In this document: piece after piece, positions 36,065 through 45,575 of the stretch | How positions within the stretch are numbered: the stretch's first letter is position 1 | Layout of the letters: each line of letters starts with the position of its first letter | Assembly (NCBI GenBank): GCA_001791305.1 | Contig: MGEI01000005.1 | Location: forward strand, 210,698 to 274,697 | Length of the DNA: 64,000 nucleotides | Origin: Candidatus Uhrbacteria bacterium RIFCSPLOWO2_01_FULL_47_17 | GTDB taxonomy: Bacteria; Patescibacteriota; Patescibacteriia; UBA9934; GWF2-40-263 | Direction: 5' to 3' | Made by a program: the position numbers and the translations under genes | Notes under the pieces: model-generated | What the model was told of the DNA's origin: nothing | Databases searched by the model: none | What the model saw: only the letters and a program-made list of their open reading frames with translations

Positions 36065-37309
36065 TTGCGAGGATTGATTGTTGTCAAACGTGTTGCCAAA
36101 CCGTTTTTTTTGGCTACCTACCAACCGTTTAAGGCGGTTGGTTTTGTTTTTGTGAAGCTCGTCGGCGTTCCGGCGTATCGTGGAATCTTTTTTGTTCGTC
36201 GATTTGTCCATACGATTCTTTTGCCAGCCAAACACAGATTTTTTTATTTGCTTTCAAATCGGTATACCGTGCACGCCCTCATGATTATTCTTGTGGGAAT
36301 CATCGGCGTGACAAATTTTCAGACGCGCAACGTCCGTGCGGAAACATTCGGGCAAAAAAGTATTCTTTATTCCCTTGTGTCTGTTGATGATTCACAAACG
36401 GTTGAGGTCGTTGAGGCGGGAAAGTCTGTTTTGATTCCTGGAGGACAATCGAGTTATTTTGCGGACGCAACACTTGATACGCGCACACAGTTTCACCAAA
36501 CAGAATTGGATCAGACGGGGGCAACAACACAACCACAAGGCGTGCCAACACGTTCAAGTGTTGAAACATATGTTGTTCAAGAAGGCGACACACTTGGACG
36601 CATTTCTGTCCGCTTTCACTTGAGCATCAGCACCATTCTTTCTGCAAACGGACTTACGCTCCGTAGCACCATTCGTCCTGGCGACACCCTGAAGATTCTT
36701 CCAAGAGATGGAATTATTTATACCGTGAAGCGTGGCGACACGCTTTCAAGAATCGCGAATACATACAACGTTCAAATACAAGACATTGCATCGGCAAACC
36801 AGCTTGAAAGCAATGCAACGCTTAAAGTTGGGGCAGAGATTTTGTTACCAGGCGCAACACAAGTTGCAGCACCTGCCGCGCTTGCTCGTAAACCAGTGAG
36901 TGTGAAGGATATTATTTCAAACACACCTATTCCAAAAGCGTCTGTATCAACCGCTGGATGGGTTTGGCCTACAAACTGGCACGTGATTACCCAATACTAT
37001 GGTTGGAAACACACGGGAATTGACGTTGATGGCGATTACTCTACATCGAGTATTGCGGCGCATGATGGTGTGGTGAGCTACACAGGTTGGCGCACGGGAT
37101 ATGGATTAACCGTTGAGATTGATCATGGAAACGGATTAAAAACACGTTACGCACACAACTCAAAAATCTATGTTAATAGAGGGGATGTTGTTTCCGCTGG
37201 CGAACGATTAGCTCAAACGGGAACAACAGGACGTTCAACAGGAACCCACTTACACTTTGAGGTAATTTTAAATGGCAAGTTTCAAAACCCATTGTCTTAC
37301 GTGCGTTAA
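36065..37309 (+). CDS. LysM-domain M23 family metallopeptidase
   Basis: Two LysM repeats (YVVQEGDTLGRISVRF..., YTVKRGDTLSRIANTY...) and the M23 catalytic region (HTGIDVD..., DHGNGLKTRYAHNS..., GTTGRSTGTHLHFEV). The true start is uncertain and possibly internal. Confidence 0.75.
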   Translation: MRGLIVVKRVAKPFFLATYQPFKAVGFVFVKLVGVPAYRGIFFVRRFVHTILLPAKHRFFYLLSNRYTVHALMIILVGIIGVTNFQTRNVRAETFGQKSILYSLVSVDDSQTVEVVEAGKSVLIPGGQSSYFADATLDTRTQFHQTELDQTGATTQPQGVPTRSSVETYVVQEGDTLGRISVRFHLSISTILSANGLTLRSTIRPGDTLKILPRDGIIYTVKRGDTLSRIANTYNVQIQDIASANQLESNATLKVGAEILLPGATQVAAPAALARKPVSVKDIISNTPIPKASVSTAGWVWPTNWHVITQYYGWKHTGIDVDGDYSTSSIAAHDGVVSYTGWRTGYGLTVEIDHGNGLKTRYAHNSKIYVNRGDVVSAGERLAQTGTTGRSTGTHLHFEVILNGKFQNPLSYVR

Positions 37310-38827
37310 TTAATCGTGCTGCATCTTTTGTCCGCGAAACTGCAGCGCTTCGGCAAGATGTTGTTCTTCAATGATGTTTGACTCCGCAAGGTCGGCAATG
37401 GTGCGTGCGACTTTGCGGATACGTGTTGTGGCGCGAGGAGAAAGTGATTGTGATCCGATCGCAAGACCTAACAGGGTTTTTGCTTCACTCGACATCACGC
37501 AGGTTTTTTCAAGGAGTGAAGGCGAAATTTCAGCGTTCACATGACAAGCGGAATCGAAAAATCGATCCGCTTGTTTTATTCTTGCGGCAACAACGCGTGC
37601 GCGAATGATTGCTGATGGCTCTGATTGAGTGTCCGATAACAATTTTTCCTGCGGCAGATTAGAGACTTCAATGCGCAAATCAAATCGATCAAGGAGCGGC
37701 CCGGAAATGCGTTTTTGATACGTTTGCATTTGAAATATAGTGCAAATACATTTTCGTTTGGGGTCACTCGCGTATCCGCACGGGCATGGATTCATCGCGG
37801 CAACCAAAATAAATCGTGCAGGAAATTTCACCGTCGCCTGTGCGCGAGAAATGGTCACGACACCGTCTTCAAGTGGACCGCGCAAATGTTCCAGAACATG
37901 ACGAGGAAATTCTGGGAGTTCATCCAGAAATAAAACACCACGATGCGCAAGAGATATTTCGCCTGGTGTTGGCCACGTTCCCCCACCCACAAGCGAGACG
38001 ACAGAAGCAGAATGATGGGGAGAACGAAACGGACGCGTTTCAATGAGACCAGATGAGGATGTCAGTTCACCCGCAACAGACGCGATGCTTGTGACTTCCA
38101 TAGATTCTTCTTCGGTGAGATCTGGAAGAATAGAGGGAAAGGAACGGGCAAGAAGCGTCTTCCCCGTTCCTGGTGGACCCGAAAGCAAAATATTGTGCCC
38201 ACCCGCAGCAGCGATTTCCAGTCCGCGTTTCGCAAAGTCTTGTCCTTTTATAAAGGAGAAACACTGATGATCTTCTCTCGCTCGTATTTTTCGGGCGTAC
38301 ACCGTTTTCGTCATGAGTGTGCGTCCAAGCAAATGATCAACAAGTCCACGCAATGATGTTGCACCGAACACTTCGAGATCTTTTATCACAGCGGCCTCTT
38401 GTTCATTTTCTTTTGGAACGAACATGGACGTTTTTTGAATGCGTCGAGCCATCAGTGCGGTTGTAAGAACTCCACGAACCGGTCGAATGACTCCATCGAG
38501 CGCAAGTTCACCGAGCACAACAGCATGTTCAAGCGTGTGGGCTGGAATTTCGCCGCGCGCAATTAAAATTGAAAGGGCAATTGGTAGATCATAGAGCGGG
38601 CCTTGTTTGCGTAAATCTGCCGGAGCAAGATTGATGGTTAATCGTCCGCGAGGAAATTGAAAACCACTATTTTTAATGGCAGCGCGAATGCGATCCCGAG
38701 ATTCTTTTACGGAAGTATCAGGCAATCCCACAATCGTAAAATTATTCATGCCGTTTGAAACGTCTGTTTCAACAATAACAGGAATAGCATCGATTCCCGT
38801 TGTTGTGCTTGAAATGATAGAAAACAT
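37310..38827 (-). CDS. comM: YifB/ComM-family Mg-chelatase-like AAA+ ATPase
   Basis: 'IVGLPDTSVKESRDRIRAAIKNSGFQFP...', Walker A 'LSGPPGTGKTLLA', and 'VLFLDELPEF'. Start taken at the internal Met (MFSIISSTTTG). Confidence 0.85.
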   Translation of the reverse strand: MFSIISSTTTGIDAIPVIVETDVSNGMNNFTIVGLPDTSVKESRDRIRAAIKNSGFQFPRGRLTINLAPADLRKQGPLYDLPIALSILIARGEIPAHTLEHAVVLGELALDGVIRPVRGVLTTALMARRIQKTSMFVPKENEQEAAVIKDLEVFGATSLRGLVDHLLGRTLMTKTVYARKIRAREDHQCFSFIKGQDFAKRGLEIAAAGGHNILLSGPPGTGKTLLARSFPSILPDLTEEESMEVTSIASVAGELTSSSGLIETRPFRSPHHSASVVSLVGGGTWPTPGEISLAHRGVLFLDELPEFPRHVLEHLRGPLEDGVVTISRAQATVKFPARFILVAAMNPCPCGYASDPKRKCICTIFQMQTYQKRISGPLLDRFDLRIEVSNLPQEKLLSDTQSEPSAIIRARVVAARIKQADRFFDSACHVNAEISPSLLEKTCVMSSEAKTLLGLAIGSQSLSPRATTRIRKVARTIADLAESNIIEEQHLAEALQFRGQKMQHD

Positions 38828-38913
38828 AAATTGATGATAAAAAAAGAACTCCCAAGAAATTAATCTAAGGAGTTCATTTATAGAAAAGAGTTTATCGAAC
38901 TTTTTTGTGTTTG

Positions 38914-39390
38914 TCAAACATCTTTTTCCGTTTTGTGCGTTGTGGTCGATTGACGCGATGAAATAAGAAGGAAGATGACACCGAGAATGATGAGCAAATC
39001 TGAAAGGTTGAGTGCGGATCTTCCAAAGAAGATCAAATAATCTACTGTGAATCCGTAATAGACTCGATCAAAGACGTTTCCAATGGCACCGATGAGAATC
39101 ATCAGACTGGAGAAAGCGATTTTTGGATGTGATTTGAAATTTTTTACGATCATTTCCACAAGGAAATAACCAATCACAATGGAGATGAGGAGAATAAATT
39201 CTCGGCGAAACGGAATATCAAAGGCGAGCCCCCAATTTTTATGGATAGCGAGATTGAGAAATCCAGGATCCACAAGTGTGCTTTCATCTGGAAAATGGGT
39301 TAAGGCAAATGCTTTAATCCACTCATCGAGTAAAACCAAAAGGACGGCTGGGAGAAGGAACCAATAAAGATGTTTTTGAAGGTTTTTCAC
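38914..39390 (-). CDS. lspA: Lipoprotein signal peptidase (signal peptidase II)
   Basis: 158 aa, four TM segments, and 'NWGLAFDIPF' and 'FNVFDRVYYGFTVDYL...SALNLSDLLI' LspA-like motifs. Confidence 0.7.
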   Translation of the reverse strand: MKNLQKHLYWFLLPAVLLVLLDEWIKAFALTHFPDESTLVDPGFLNLAIHKNWGLAFDIPFRREFILLISIVIGYFLVEMIVKNFKSHPKIAFSSLMILIGAIGNVFDRVYYGFTVDYLIFFGRSALNLSDLLIILGVIFLLISSRQSTTTHKTEKDV

Positions 39391-39782
39391 ACTTCTTGAG
39401 TCAGGGTTTTTTTACATTGAATGCATGAGCTTGAGGTTGGGCGCGCAAGAAGTCGGCGCTCATCAATGGGTTGATGACAATACTTACATGTTCCGTAATT
39501 CCCTTTATCGATTTGTTTCAGCGTGGACTCGACATCACGTAACGCCTTTTCGAGTTCGTCTTCCAAAGAAAGATTATCAGAAAATTGGGCAACTTCAGAA
39601 GCGTTTTCATCCTCACTATCCCCATTATTTGGAAAGTTTGCTTGAAAGCTTTCTTCGGTTGCTTTTGGGTTTCTGTGTGAAAACTTGGAGAGTTCCGTTT
39701 CAAGGCGCATTTTTTCTTCTTCCAAGAGAGTTTTTGCTTTTGAAACAAGATCCTTTGTCATATGAGGGTGATGGAAAAACAT
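39387..39782 (-). CDS. DksA/TraR-family C4-type zinc-finger protein
   Basis: C-terminus 'GNYGTCKYCHQPIDERRLLARPTSSSCIQCKK' (CxxC-N17-CxxC). Coiled-coil N-terminus. Confidence 0.7.
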   Translation of the reverse strand: MFFHHPHMTKDLVSKAKTLLEEEKMRLETELSKFSHRNPKATEESFQANFPNNGDSEDENASEVAQFSDNLSLEDELEKALRDVESTLKQIDKGNYGTCKYCHQPIDERRLLARPTSSSCIQCKKTLTQEV

Positions 39783-39821
39783 CCATTCAAATCTTTAATG
39801 AAGCCAGCATAGCATAAAGAA

Positions 39822-39852
39822 GCGAGAAAAGAAAAAAGCCCCCGAAGGGGCT
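39822..39852 (-). terminator. Rho-independent terminator on the minus strand, ending the rpsO-pnp-downstream transcript or an ncRNA
   Basis: Minus-strand reading CCTAGCCCCTTCGGGGGCTTTTTTCTTTTC: perfect GC-rich hairpin followed by a T-run. Confidence 0.65.
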
Positions 39853-40355
39853 AGGAAACGAATTAGCGACCGGTTTAGATATCGGGTTTTGGGTTCAATC
39901 CTTTATTGACGTTCAAAACTCGACATCCATACCGGTACAACTACTTCATTTAAGAAGAAGCTCTTGTCATCTACCATTCAATGGTTTTACCCAGGCGAAG
40001 ACCAGAAGGTCGTCATAATTTGGGCGAACCTAGATGTTGTTCGATTTTGTTTTTGTTTTTAATCAGAACAGTAGATGTGCGTGAGATCATGGTTCCTGAA
40101 TCATAATTCAAGCGTGGGGAGCTTGCCGACAGCTGTGGTCGGGATAAAGGAGGATCTCAGAGATGGAAAAGGTACGAAGCAGTGTTTCACGACTGCACAT
40201 ATATAATACCAAAAAAAGACCCAAAGGTCAATCTATACTTTTGTGCTTTGTTGAGAATTAAAATCGTACTATGAGAAAAAAATGTGTGCACAGCATATGT
40301 GGAAGATAAAAAGTTATCCACAATTTATACCACTTATCCCACAGTTATCCACAGC

Positions 40356-41648
40356 CTATTTACAGAAGCGAATCGTTGTTGAAACTATTCCACTTTTAAC
40401 GCCAATACTTGAGAAATTTTGGGCAAATAACAAAATAGCACTGTTGTTTGGAACATTTGCGTATTGGTTTTGCATTGTTACAAGCGGCTGCAAGGCAATG
40501 CCGGCCATATTACCTGAGCAAATCTTGTTTGCCGATTTTGCTGATTCTTTTGTATAGCGAAAAAGCGATTCGCGATTTGTGAGGAAAATCTTATGATTTT
40601 GTGCGCGGCTTGCCAGTAAATCAACGTTATTTACATGAATGCGATTGATCTGTGTTCCAAGGAGAGTGATCTGTTCTACAGAAACGGAGTTCGGGTTCGC
40701 GATAATTTCTTTGATAGATGAGCCATCGTCAAGAAGTGTTTCTTGGATTTTTGGGGTATTCAGGGCGGCAATGGAACGTAAAGCTTGTTCGATATCGATG
40801 TCTTTTTTAAGTTCTGACGGAGTTATTGTAAGGAAAAAACCGACCCCATTTGCATCTTTGGTGAGAAGAAGCTGACTTTTATTGTTTGCCAGATCATTCA
40901 AGTGTGCCAAAAATTGTGGATCCACAACGGATTGCATGAGCGGAAGAAAAGGATCCAAGAATTCGTTTGATGTGTTTGGCAAGAATGGAGTAGACAAATA
41001 TGCGAATGTGTCATTTGGAATTTGTTTGAATGCCTGTCCATCTGTGTGTACAACAGGAAGAGTCATCTCTACATGATTTTTTGTGGCAAACAGAAAAGAT
41101 CTTTTCGTGTTTGTCTGATCAACAAGTTCGCCAATCCAACGTTTTCCTGGGAGGGAAATTCCAGGAAGCAGTTTTGGTTTGATTTGAAATGGTTTTATGA
41201 TGACTTGTTTCTCTGAAAGTAAGACAATGTTGTGCCCAATCGGCTGTACGGCAACTGTTTGAGAATCGAGAAGAGATTGTGGAAGGGCTGTTTTCCCTTT
41301 TCGTATTGCAATGGATCTTGATCCATCTTTATTAACGAAGAGGACAAACTCTCCGGAAATATAAGGGGACAGATCCGTAAGGGTGAGAGATCTATTCGAA
41401 ATAAGCGGAATGTTTTTTGTTATTGATTCGACAATTTCACCCTTTTTTCCGCTTATAAAGAACCGAACCGCGATCGTAGTGTTTTCAGGAGCGGCTTTGT
41501 AAATAGTATCTCGTGTAAACCAAAGGGTGCTTATCCATGCGGTTGCGAGCATGATTGAGAAGATTCCGGCCGCTAGAATCCAAACAACCCACCGAGTTCG
41601 GCGGGTTGTTTTGGAATTTCTAGACAGTGGAATATTAAGGTGTTGCAT
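40356..41648 (-). CDS. Hypothetical membrane-anchored protein (430 aa)
   Basis: N-terminal TM (RWVVWILAAGIFSIMLATAWISTLWF). Overlaps the pnp stop by 14 nt, so it is operonic. Confidence 0.5.
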   Translation of the reverse strand: MQHLNIPLSRNSKTTRRTRWVVWILAAGIFSIMLATAWISTLWFTRDTIYKAAPENTTIAVRFFISGKKGEIVESITKNIPLISNRSLTLTDLSPYISGEFVLFVNKDGSRSIAIRKGKTALPQSLLDSQTVAVQPIGHNIVLLSEKQVIIKPFQIKPKLLPGISLPGKRWIGELVDQTNTKRSFLFATKNHVEMTLPVVHTDGQAFKQIPNDTFAYLSTPFLPNTSNEFLDPFLPLMQSVVDPQFLAHLNDLANNKSQLLLTKDANGVGFFLTITPSELKKDIDIEQALRSIAALNTPKIQETLLDDGSSIKEIIANPNSVSVEQITLLGTQINRIHVNNVDLLASRAQNHKIFLTNRESLFRYTKESAKSANKICSGNMAGIALQPLVTMQNQYANVPNNSAILLFAQNFSSIGVKSGIVSTTIRFCK

Positions 41649-43881
41649 TTTTCTTGAAGAATGGACGCTTTGGGCGGTCGCCAGATCCTCCAGCTGCTGG
41701 AGGTCGTGGCGTTCCGCTCGCGCTTGGGGCTGGACGTTCTGGATAAACGTTTCCAGGGGCTTCCTTCATGGAAAGACTGATCTTTCCGTCTGGATTGATT
41801 TCCATGACTTTCACAAAAACCACCTGACCCATCTTCACAATATCAGTTACGTTTTCAACGCGCCATGGGGCCATGTTGCTCACGTGAACCATTCCATCCT
41901 TCTTTGGTAAGAATTCGACAATCGCGCCGAAGTCCATGACACGGACGACTTTTCCTTGATAAATCTCGCCAACTTTGGCTTCTCGCGTCAGAGATTCGAT
42001 CCAAGCCTTTGCTTGGTCAGCTCCGTTTGAGTCTTTTGACGTAATCATGACGAGTCCGTCTTCTTCAATGTCGATCGCTTGAACGCCTGTTGTCGCAATA
42101 ATCTCGTTGATCATTTTTCCACCTGGGCCAATGACCGCACCAATAGATTCTGGGTTGATGCGAAGAGTGATGATGCGAGGTGCGTATGGGGAAAGATCTG
42201 GGCGAGGTGCCGCAATTGTTTTTGCCATCACATCGAGGATTTGCATGCGAGCGACTTTCGCTTGGTTCACCGCTTGTGTAACCATTTCACGGGAAAGCCC
42301 TTTTGTTTTTGTGTCCATTTGAATGGCTGTAATACCGTCTCGAGAGCCAGCGATTTTAAAGTCCATTCCACCTTCTCCATCTTCAAGATCCTGAAGGTCG
42401 GTTAAAACTTTGAAACGTCCCTTGTCGTCAGAAGCAAGTCCCATCGCGATTCCTGCAACCGCTGCTTTGATTGGGACTCCAGCGTCCATGAGAGCGAGGG
42501 TTGATCCACAGGTGGATGCCATCGAACTTGATCCGTTTGATCCGAAGACTTCGGATACAGCGCGGACGGTGTATGGAAACGCTTCTTTGTCCGGCATCAT
42601 TCCGCGAAGTGCTTTTTCCGCGAGTCCACCGTGTCCAATGTCGCGACGAGATGGTCCGCGAAGTGGTTTTACTTCTCCAACAGAGAAAGGAGGGAAGTTG
42701 TAGTGATGAAAGTAACGCTTTTTTCCAACCGTTTCCATTCCGTCCAATGTTTGCTCGTCGCCAGGCGCGCCGAGGGTGATGGTTGTGAGAACTTGTGTTT
42801 CTCCGCGCATGAAGTGTCCGGTTCCATGAATGCGTGGGAGGAGTTGAACTTCGGCAAGAAGCGCGCGAATCTCATCGAGTCCGCGACCATCAACACGTCT
42901 ACTGTCTTCGATCACCGCACGAGTCAACTCGCTCTCGAGAACTTCGATCACGATGTCTGTTCCGTATTTGATTTGATCTTTTTCAACACCTTTGTCGATC
43001 AAGAATTGTTTCGTGCGTGCTTTCAATTCTGTTTTCTGCGCCGCACGCTCACCTTTTGTTGCCTGCGGTGCTTTGAAGAACAATTCTTTTACCTGTTCGA
43101 GGATGTAAGGACGTACGAGTGTTTCGACGTGCTCGCGAGCGACCAAGATCGCTTTTTCCTCTTCTGTTTTTGGAGAAAGAATATCAACTTTTGTTTTTCC
43201 CGCAGCCTTCACAACTTGATTGATGAGTTCCATCGGTTCTTTCAAATGTTTTTGTCCAAACCAGAATGCTTCAAGCACAACATCTTCTGGCGCTTCGTTT
43301 GCTCCCGCTTCCACCATGATGATGGATTCAGTTGTTCCTGCGAACGCGAGATCGAGAAGAGACTTCTCACGCGCTTCGTAGCTTGGGTTGATCACCCATT
43401 CGCCTTCAATTTGGCCGATACGGATACAACCGAGTGGGCCGTCCCATGGAATGTCTGACATCGCGAGGGCACAGCTTCCGCCAATGAGGCCGAGAACATC
43501 TGGATCATTTTCGCCGTCGAAGGCGAGACAAGTCACAATAACTTGAATGTCATTGCGAATGCGATCATCAAAGAGTGGGCGTAAAGCGCGATCGATAAAT
43601 CGGGCTGTGAGAATCGCTTCATCGGTTGGGCGACCTTCGGTTTTCATGAAGCGAGAACCTTTGATACGTCCTGCAGCGTAGAGTTTTTCTTCGTAATCAA
43701 CCATGAGTGGAAGATAGTCGATTCCGTCGCGCTTGTTTGAACTAAGCGTTGCGGTTGCAAGGATCACGGTGTCTCCGTATTGCACCATACAAGCGCCGTT
43801 CGCTTGTGCTGCATACTTTCCGACTTCGATCGACAATGTTTTTCCACCCCATTGCGTTTCGAATTTCTGAATCTTGTTCAT
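41635..43881 (-). CDS. pnp: Polyribonucleotide nucleotidyltransferase (PNPase)
   Basis: 748 aa, 'MNKIQKFETQWGGKTLSIEVGKYAAQANGA', two RNase PH domains, KH/S1 region (GEIYQGKVVRVMDFGAIVEF), and a basic tail. Confidence 0.95.
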   Translation of the reverse strand: MNKIQKFETQWGGKTLSIEVGKYAAQANGACMVQYGDTVILATATLSSNKRDGIDYLPLMVDYEEKLYAAGRIKGSRFMKTEGRPTDEAILTARFIDRALRPLFDDRIRNDIQVIVTCLAFDGENDPDVLGLIGGSCALAMSDIPWDGPLGCIRIGQIEGEWVINPSYEAREKSLLDLAFAGTTESIIMVEAGANEAPEDVVLEAFWFGQKHLKEPMELINQVVKAAGKTKVDILSPKTEEEKAILVAREHVETLVRPYILEQVKELFFKAPQATKGERAAQKTELKARTKQFLIDKGVEKDQIKYGTDIVIEVLESELTRAVIEDSRRVDGRGLDEIRALLAEVQLLPRIHGTGHFMRGETQVLTTITLGAPGDEQTLDGMETVGKKRYFHHYNFPPFSVGEVKPLRGPSRRDIGHGGLAEKALRGMMPDKEAFPYTVRAVSEVFGSNGSSSMASTCGSTLALMDAGVPIKAAVAGIAMGLASDDKGRFKVLTDLQDLEDGEGGMDFKIAGSRDGITAIQMDTKTKGLSREMVTQAVNQAKVARMQILDVMAKTIAAPRPDLSPYAPRIITLRINPESIGAVIGPGGKMINEIIATTGVQAIDIEEDGLVMITSKDSNGADQAKAWIESLTREAKVGEIYQGKVVRVMDFGAIVEFLPKKDGMVHVSNMAPWRVENVTDIVKMGQVVFVKVMEINPDGKISLSMKEAPGNVYPERPAPSASGTPRPPAAGGSGDRPKRPFFKKNATP

Positions 43882-44011
43882 AATTTGTGATTCTGCAGAA
43901 GCGTAAGATGTCGAGCAACTTCTCGAGATCTCGTTGTCTCTGCAGAATCGGGTTAATGATTAATCCGTGTAAGGCTTGCGAGTTTCGCAAGCCTCTCACC
44001 GCGTAATCATT

Positions 44012-44707
44012 TTAAAACTCCAATCTTCGTTCGCGTGAATCTTCTTGGTCGTTGTTTGGTTTTGATTCCATGAAGAATCCTTGCGTGACTTGATCATCTT
44101 CGTGTTCTTCGCCAATGTCATCTGTATTTGTTGGCTCAAGATACTCTGGCTCGTCGTTGTAATTCGGTTTTTCATCGCGTGACTGTTTTTTTTCGTACGC
44201 AGGTTTCAATGCAGGTCCAATTAAATAGCGTCGTTTGTTTTGCGACATGTCGATGTGCGCATCAACAACGCCGGTCAGGATCGACGAAGTTGTTTCGCCG
44301 AAACTAATCAATTCTACGATGCGTCCGCGTGCTTGGCAATATTGTACGAGCGGTGCGTAATCGCCATCGCCCGAGACAAGGACGACGACGTCGAGCATGT
44401 CGAGCATGCGCACGACGTCGATGGTCAGGCCAACATCCCAATCACCTTTTTTGTGGCCGGATGCATATTCGATCAAATCTTTTTCGCGAAGTTCAATCCC
44501 TGCTTTCTCAAGAGCATCGAAGAACGGACGCCCTTCTTCTCCTTTCGTTGTAATGACGTACGCCATCGCACGAATGAGTTTGCGTCCGCCTGTTGCGTCT
44601 TCAAGAATGTGTTTGAAATCCACTTTGCGTTTAAAAAGATAACGCGCCGAGTAATACATGTTCTGTGTGTCGATAAAAATGCCGACACGTTGGTCTGGGT
44701 GTTGCAT
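44012..44707 (-). CDS. NYN-domain (LabA/PIN-like) protein
   Basis: 'VGIFIDTQNMYYSARY...', '...VLVSGDGDYAPLVQYCQARGRIVELISF' is typical of NYN/LabA. Acidic low-complexity C-terminus. Confidence 0.7.
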   Translation of the reverse strand: MQHPDQRVGIFIDTQNMYYSARYLFKRKVDFKHILEDATGGRKLIRAMAYVITTKGEEGRPFFDALEKAGIELREKDLIEYASGHKKGDWDVGLTIDVVRMLDMLDVVVLVSGDGDYAPLVQYCQARGRIVELISFGETTSSILTGVVDAHIDMSQNKRRYLIGPALKPAYEKKQSRDEKPNYNDEPEYLEPTNTDDIGEEHEDDQVTQGFFMESKPNNDQEDSRERRLEF

Positions 44708-44774
44708 AGAAAAATGTAGGGGAGGGTCGCGACCCTCCCGTGCGAATTAGGTTGCACACGAAAAAAAAGTGCGT

Positions 44775-44806
44775 GCGAGAAAAAGGCAAAACCTCGCCGA
44801 AGGGGC
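44775..44806 (-). terminator. Rho-independent terminator downstream of rpsO
   Basis: Minus-strand reading GCCTCGCCCCTTCGGCGAGGTTTTGCCTTTTT. Confidence 0.6.
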
Positions 44807-44818
44807 GAGGCTTTTATA

Positions 44819-45082
44819 TTACTTCAATTCGAGTTCTTTTTTGAGTTTCAAAAACGCTTTTGCGTCTTCGCGCTCAAGGTATTTGAGCAAGCGGCGGCGT
44901 TCGTTGACTTTTTTGATGAGTCCACGGCGAGATGAAAAGTCTTTTTTGTGGTCTTTCAAGTGATCCGTAAGCTCAGAGATTTCTGAGGTTAAAATCGCGA
45001 TCTGGACTTGCGGTGACCCTGTGTCAGAAGCGTGTGTGCGGAATTTCTCAATAATCTTGAGTTTTTTCTTAACATCGAGCAT
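44819..45082 (-). CDS. rpsO: 30S ribosomal protein S15
   Basis: 87 aa, 'KKLKIIEKFRTHASDTGSPQVQIAILTSEISELTDHLKDHKKDFSSRRGLIKKVNERRRLLKYL'. Confidence 0.9.
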   Translation of the reverse strand: MLDVKKKLKIIEKFRTHASDTGSPQVQIAILTSEISELTDHLKDHKKDFSSRRGLIKKVNERRRLLKYLEREDAKAFLKLKKELELK

Positions 45083-45203
45083 AGATTTGTGATTTCATGC
45101 CTGTCAACCGAGAATCGGGGGCTCGAGTCCACGAAACCGAGTCAGAGGCCTGTGAGTTATGCGGCTAATATAAGGATATAAGGCTTCTTTGTCAAATATT
45201 TAG

Positions 45204-45536
45204 CTATCCATAGAGTAAAATCCCCACGACAACCCCAATGTCCACGAGAACCATCAGGCTGTTTGGAAACCAAATGGGGGCTTCTTTGTGGAGCCAGCCG
45301 TAGGTAGTCCAATAGACCGCACTCACAAGATATGTTCCCCAGGTGATGAGGGAAAGGTTGGAGGCATTGTGGTGGGCAAAGATGGTGATGAACTGCGGAA
45401 TCGTCATGAGTGGAACAATCACAGATAAATACGCGAGATGATCAACCGTGCGTACGAGTTTTGTGTTTCCCGGAATAGGTTCAAGGGTTTTTGTTCCGCG
45501 TTTGCGTTTTTGAAAATGGTGAAGACCGGAGATCAT
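45204..45536 (-). CDS. SemiSWEET / PQ-loop family small transporter
   Basis: 110 aa, three hydrophobic helices, and a 'PLMTIPQFITIF' PQ motif. The true start may be internal. Confidence 0.6.
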   Translation of the reverse strand: MISGLHHFQKRKRGTKTLEPIPGNTKLVRTVDHLAYLSVIVPLMTIPQFITIFAHHNASNLSLITWGTYLVSAVYWTTYGWLHKEAPIWFPNSLMVLVDIGVVVGILLYG

Positions 45537-45575
45537 AAAAAAATGTATTACGAACTTCTGCTATAATAGCATTCT

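Noticed and set aside
39990-40030. Hairpin CCCAGGCGAAGACCAGAAGGTCGTCATAATTTGGG initially considered as SRP RNA domain IV
   Set aside because: It lacks the conserved GGAA tetraloop and AGCAGCC strand of bacterial SRP RNA, and the terminator orientation does not fit. The region is kept only as an unspecified structured region.
40282-40557. 91-aa plus-strand ORF beginning in the DnaA-box triad
   Set aside because: No RBS is present. It overlaps the 3' end of the 430-aa membrane gene on the other strand. Its translation is dominated by the repeated TTATCCACA boxes. It is more plausibly non-coding.
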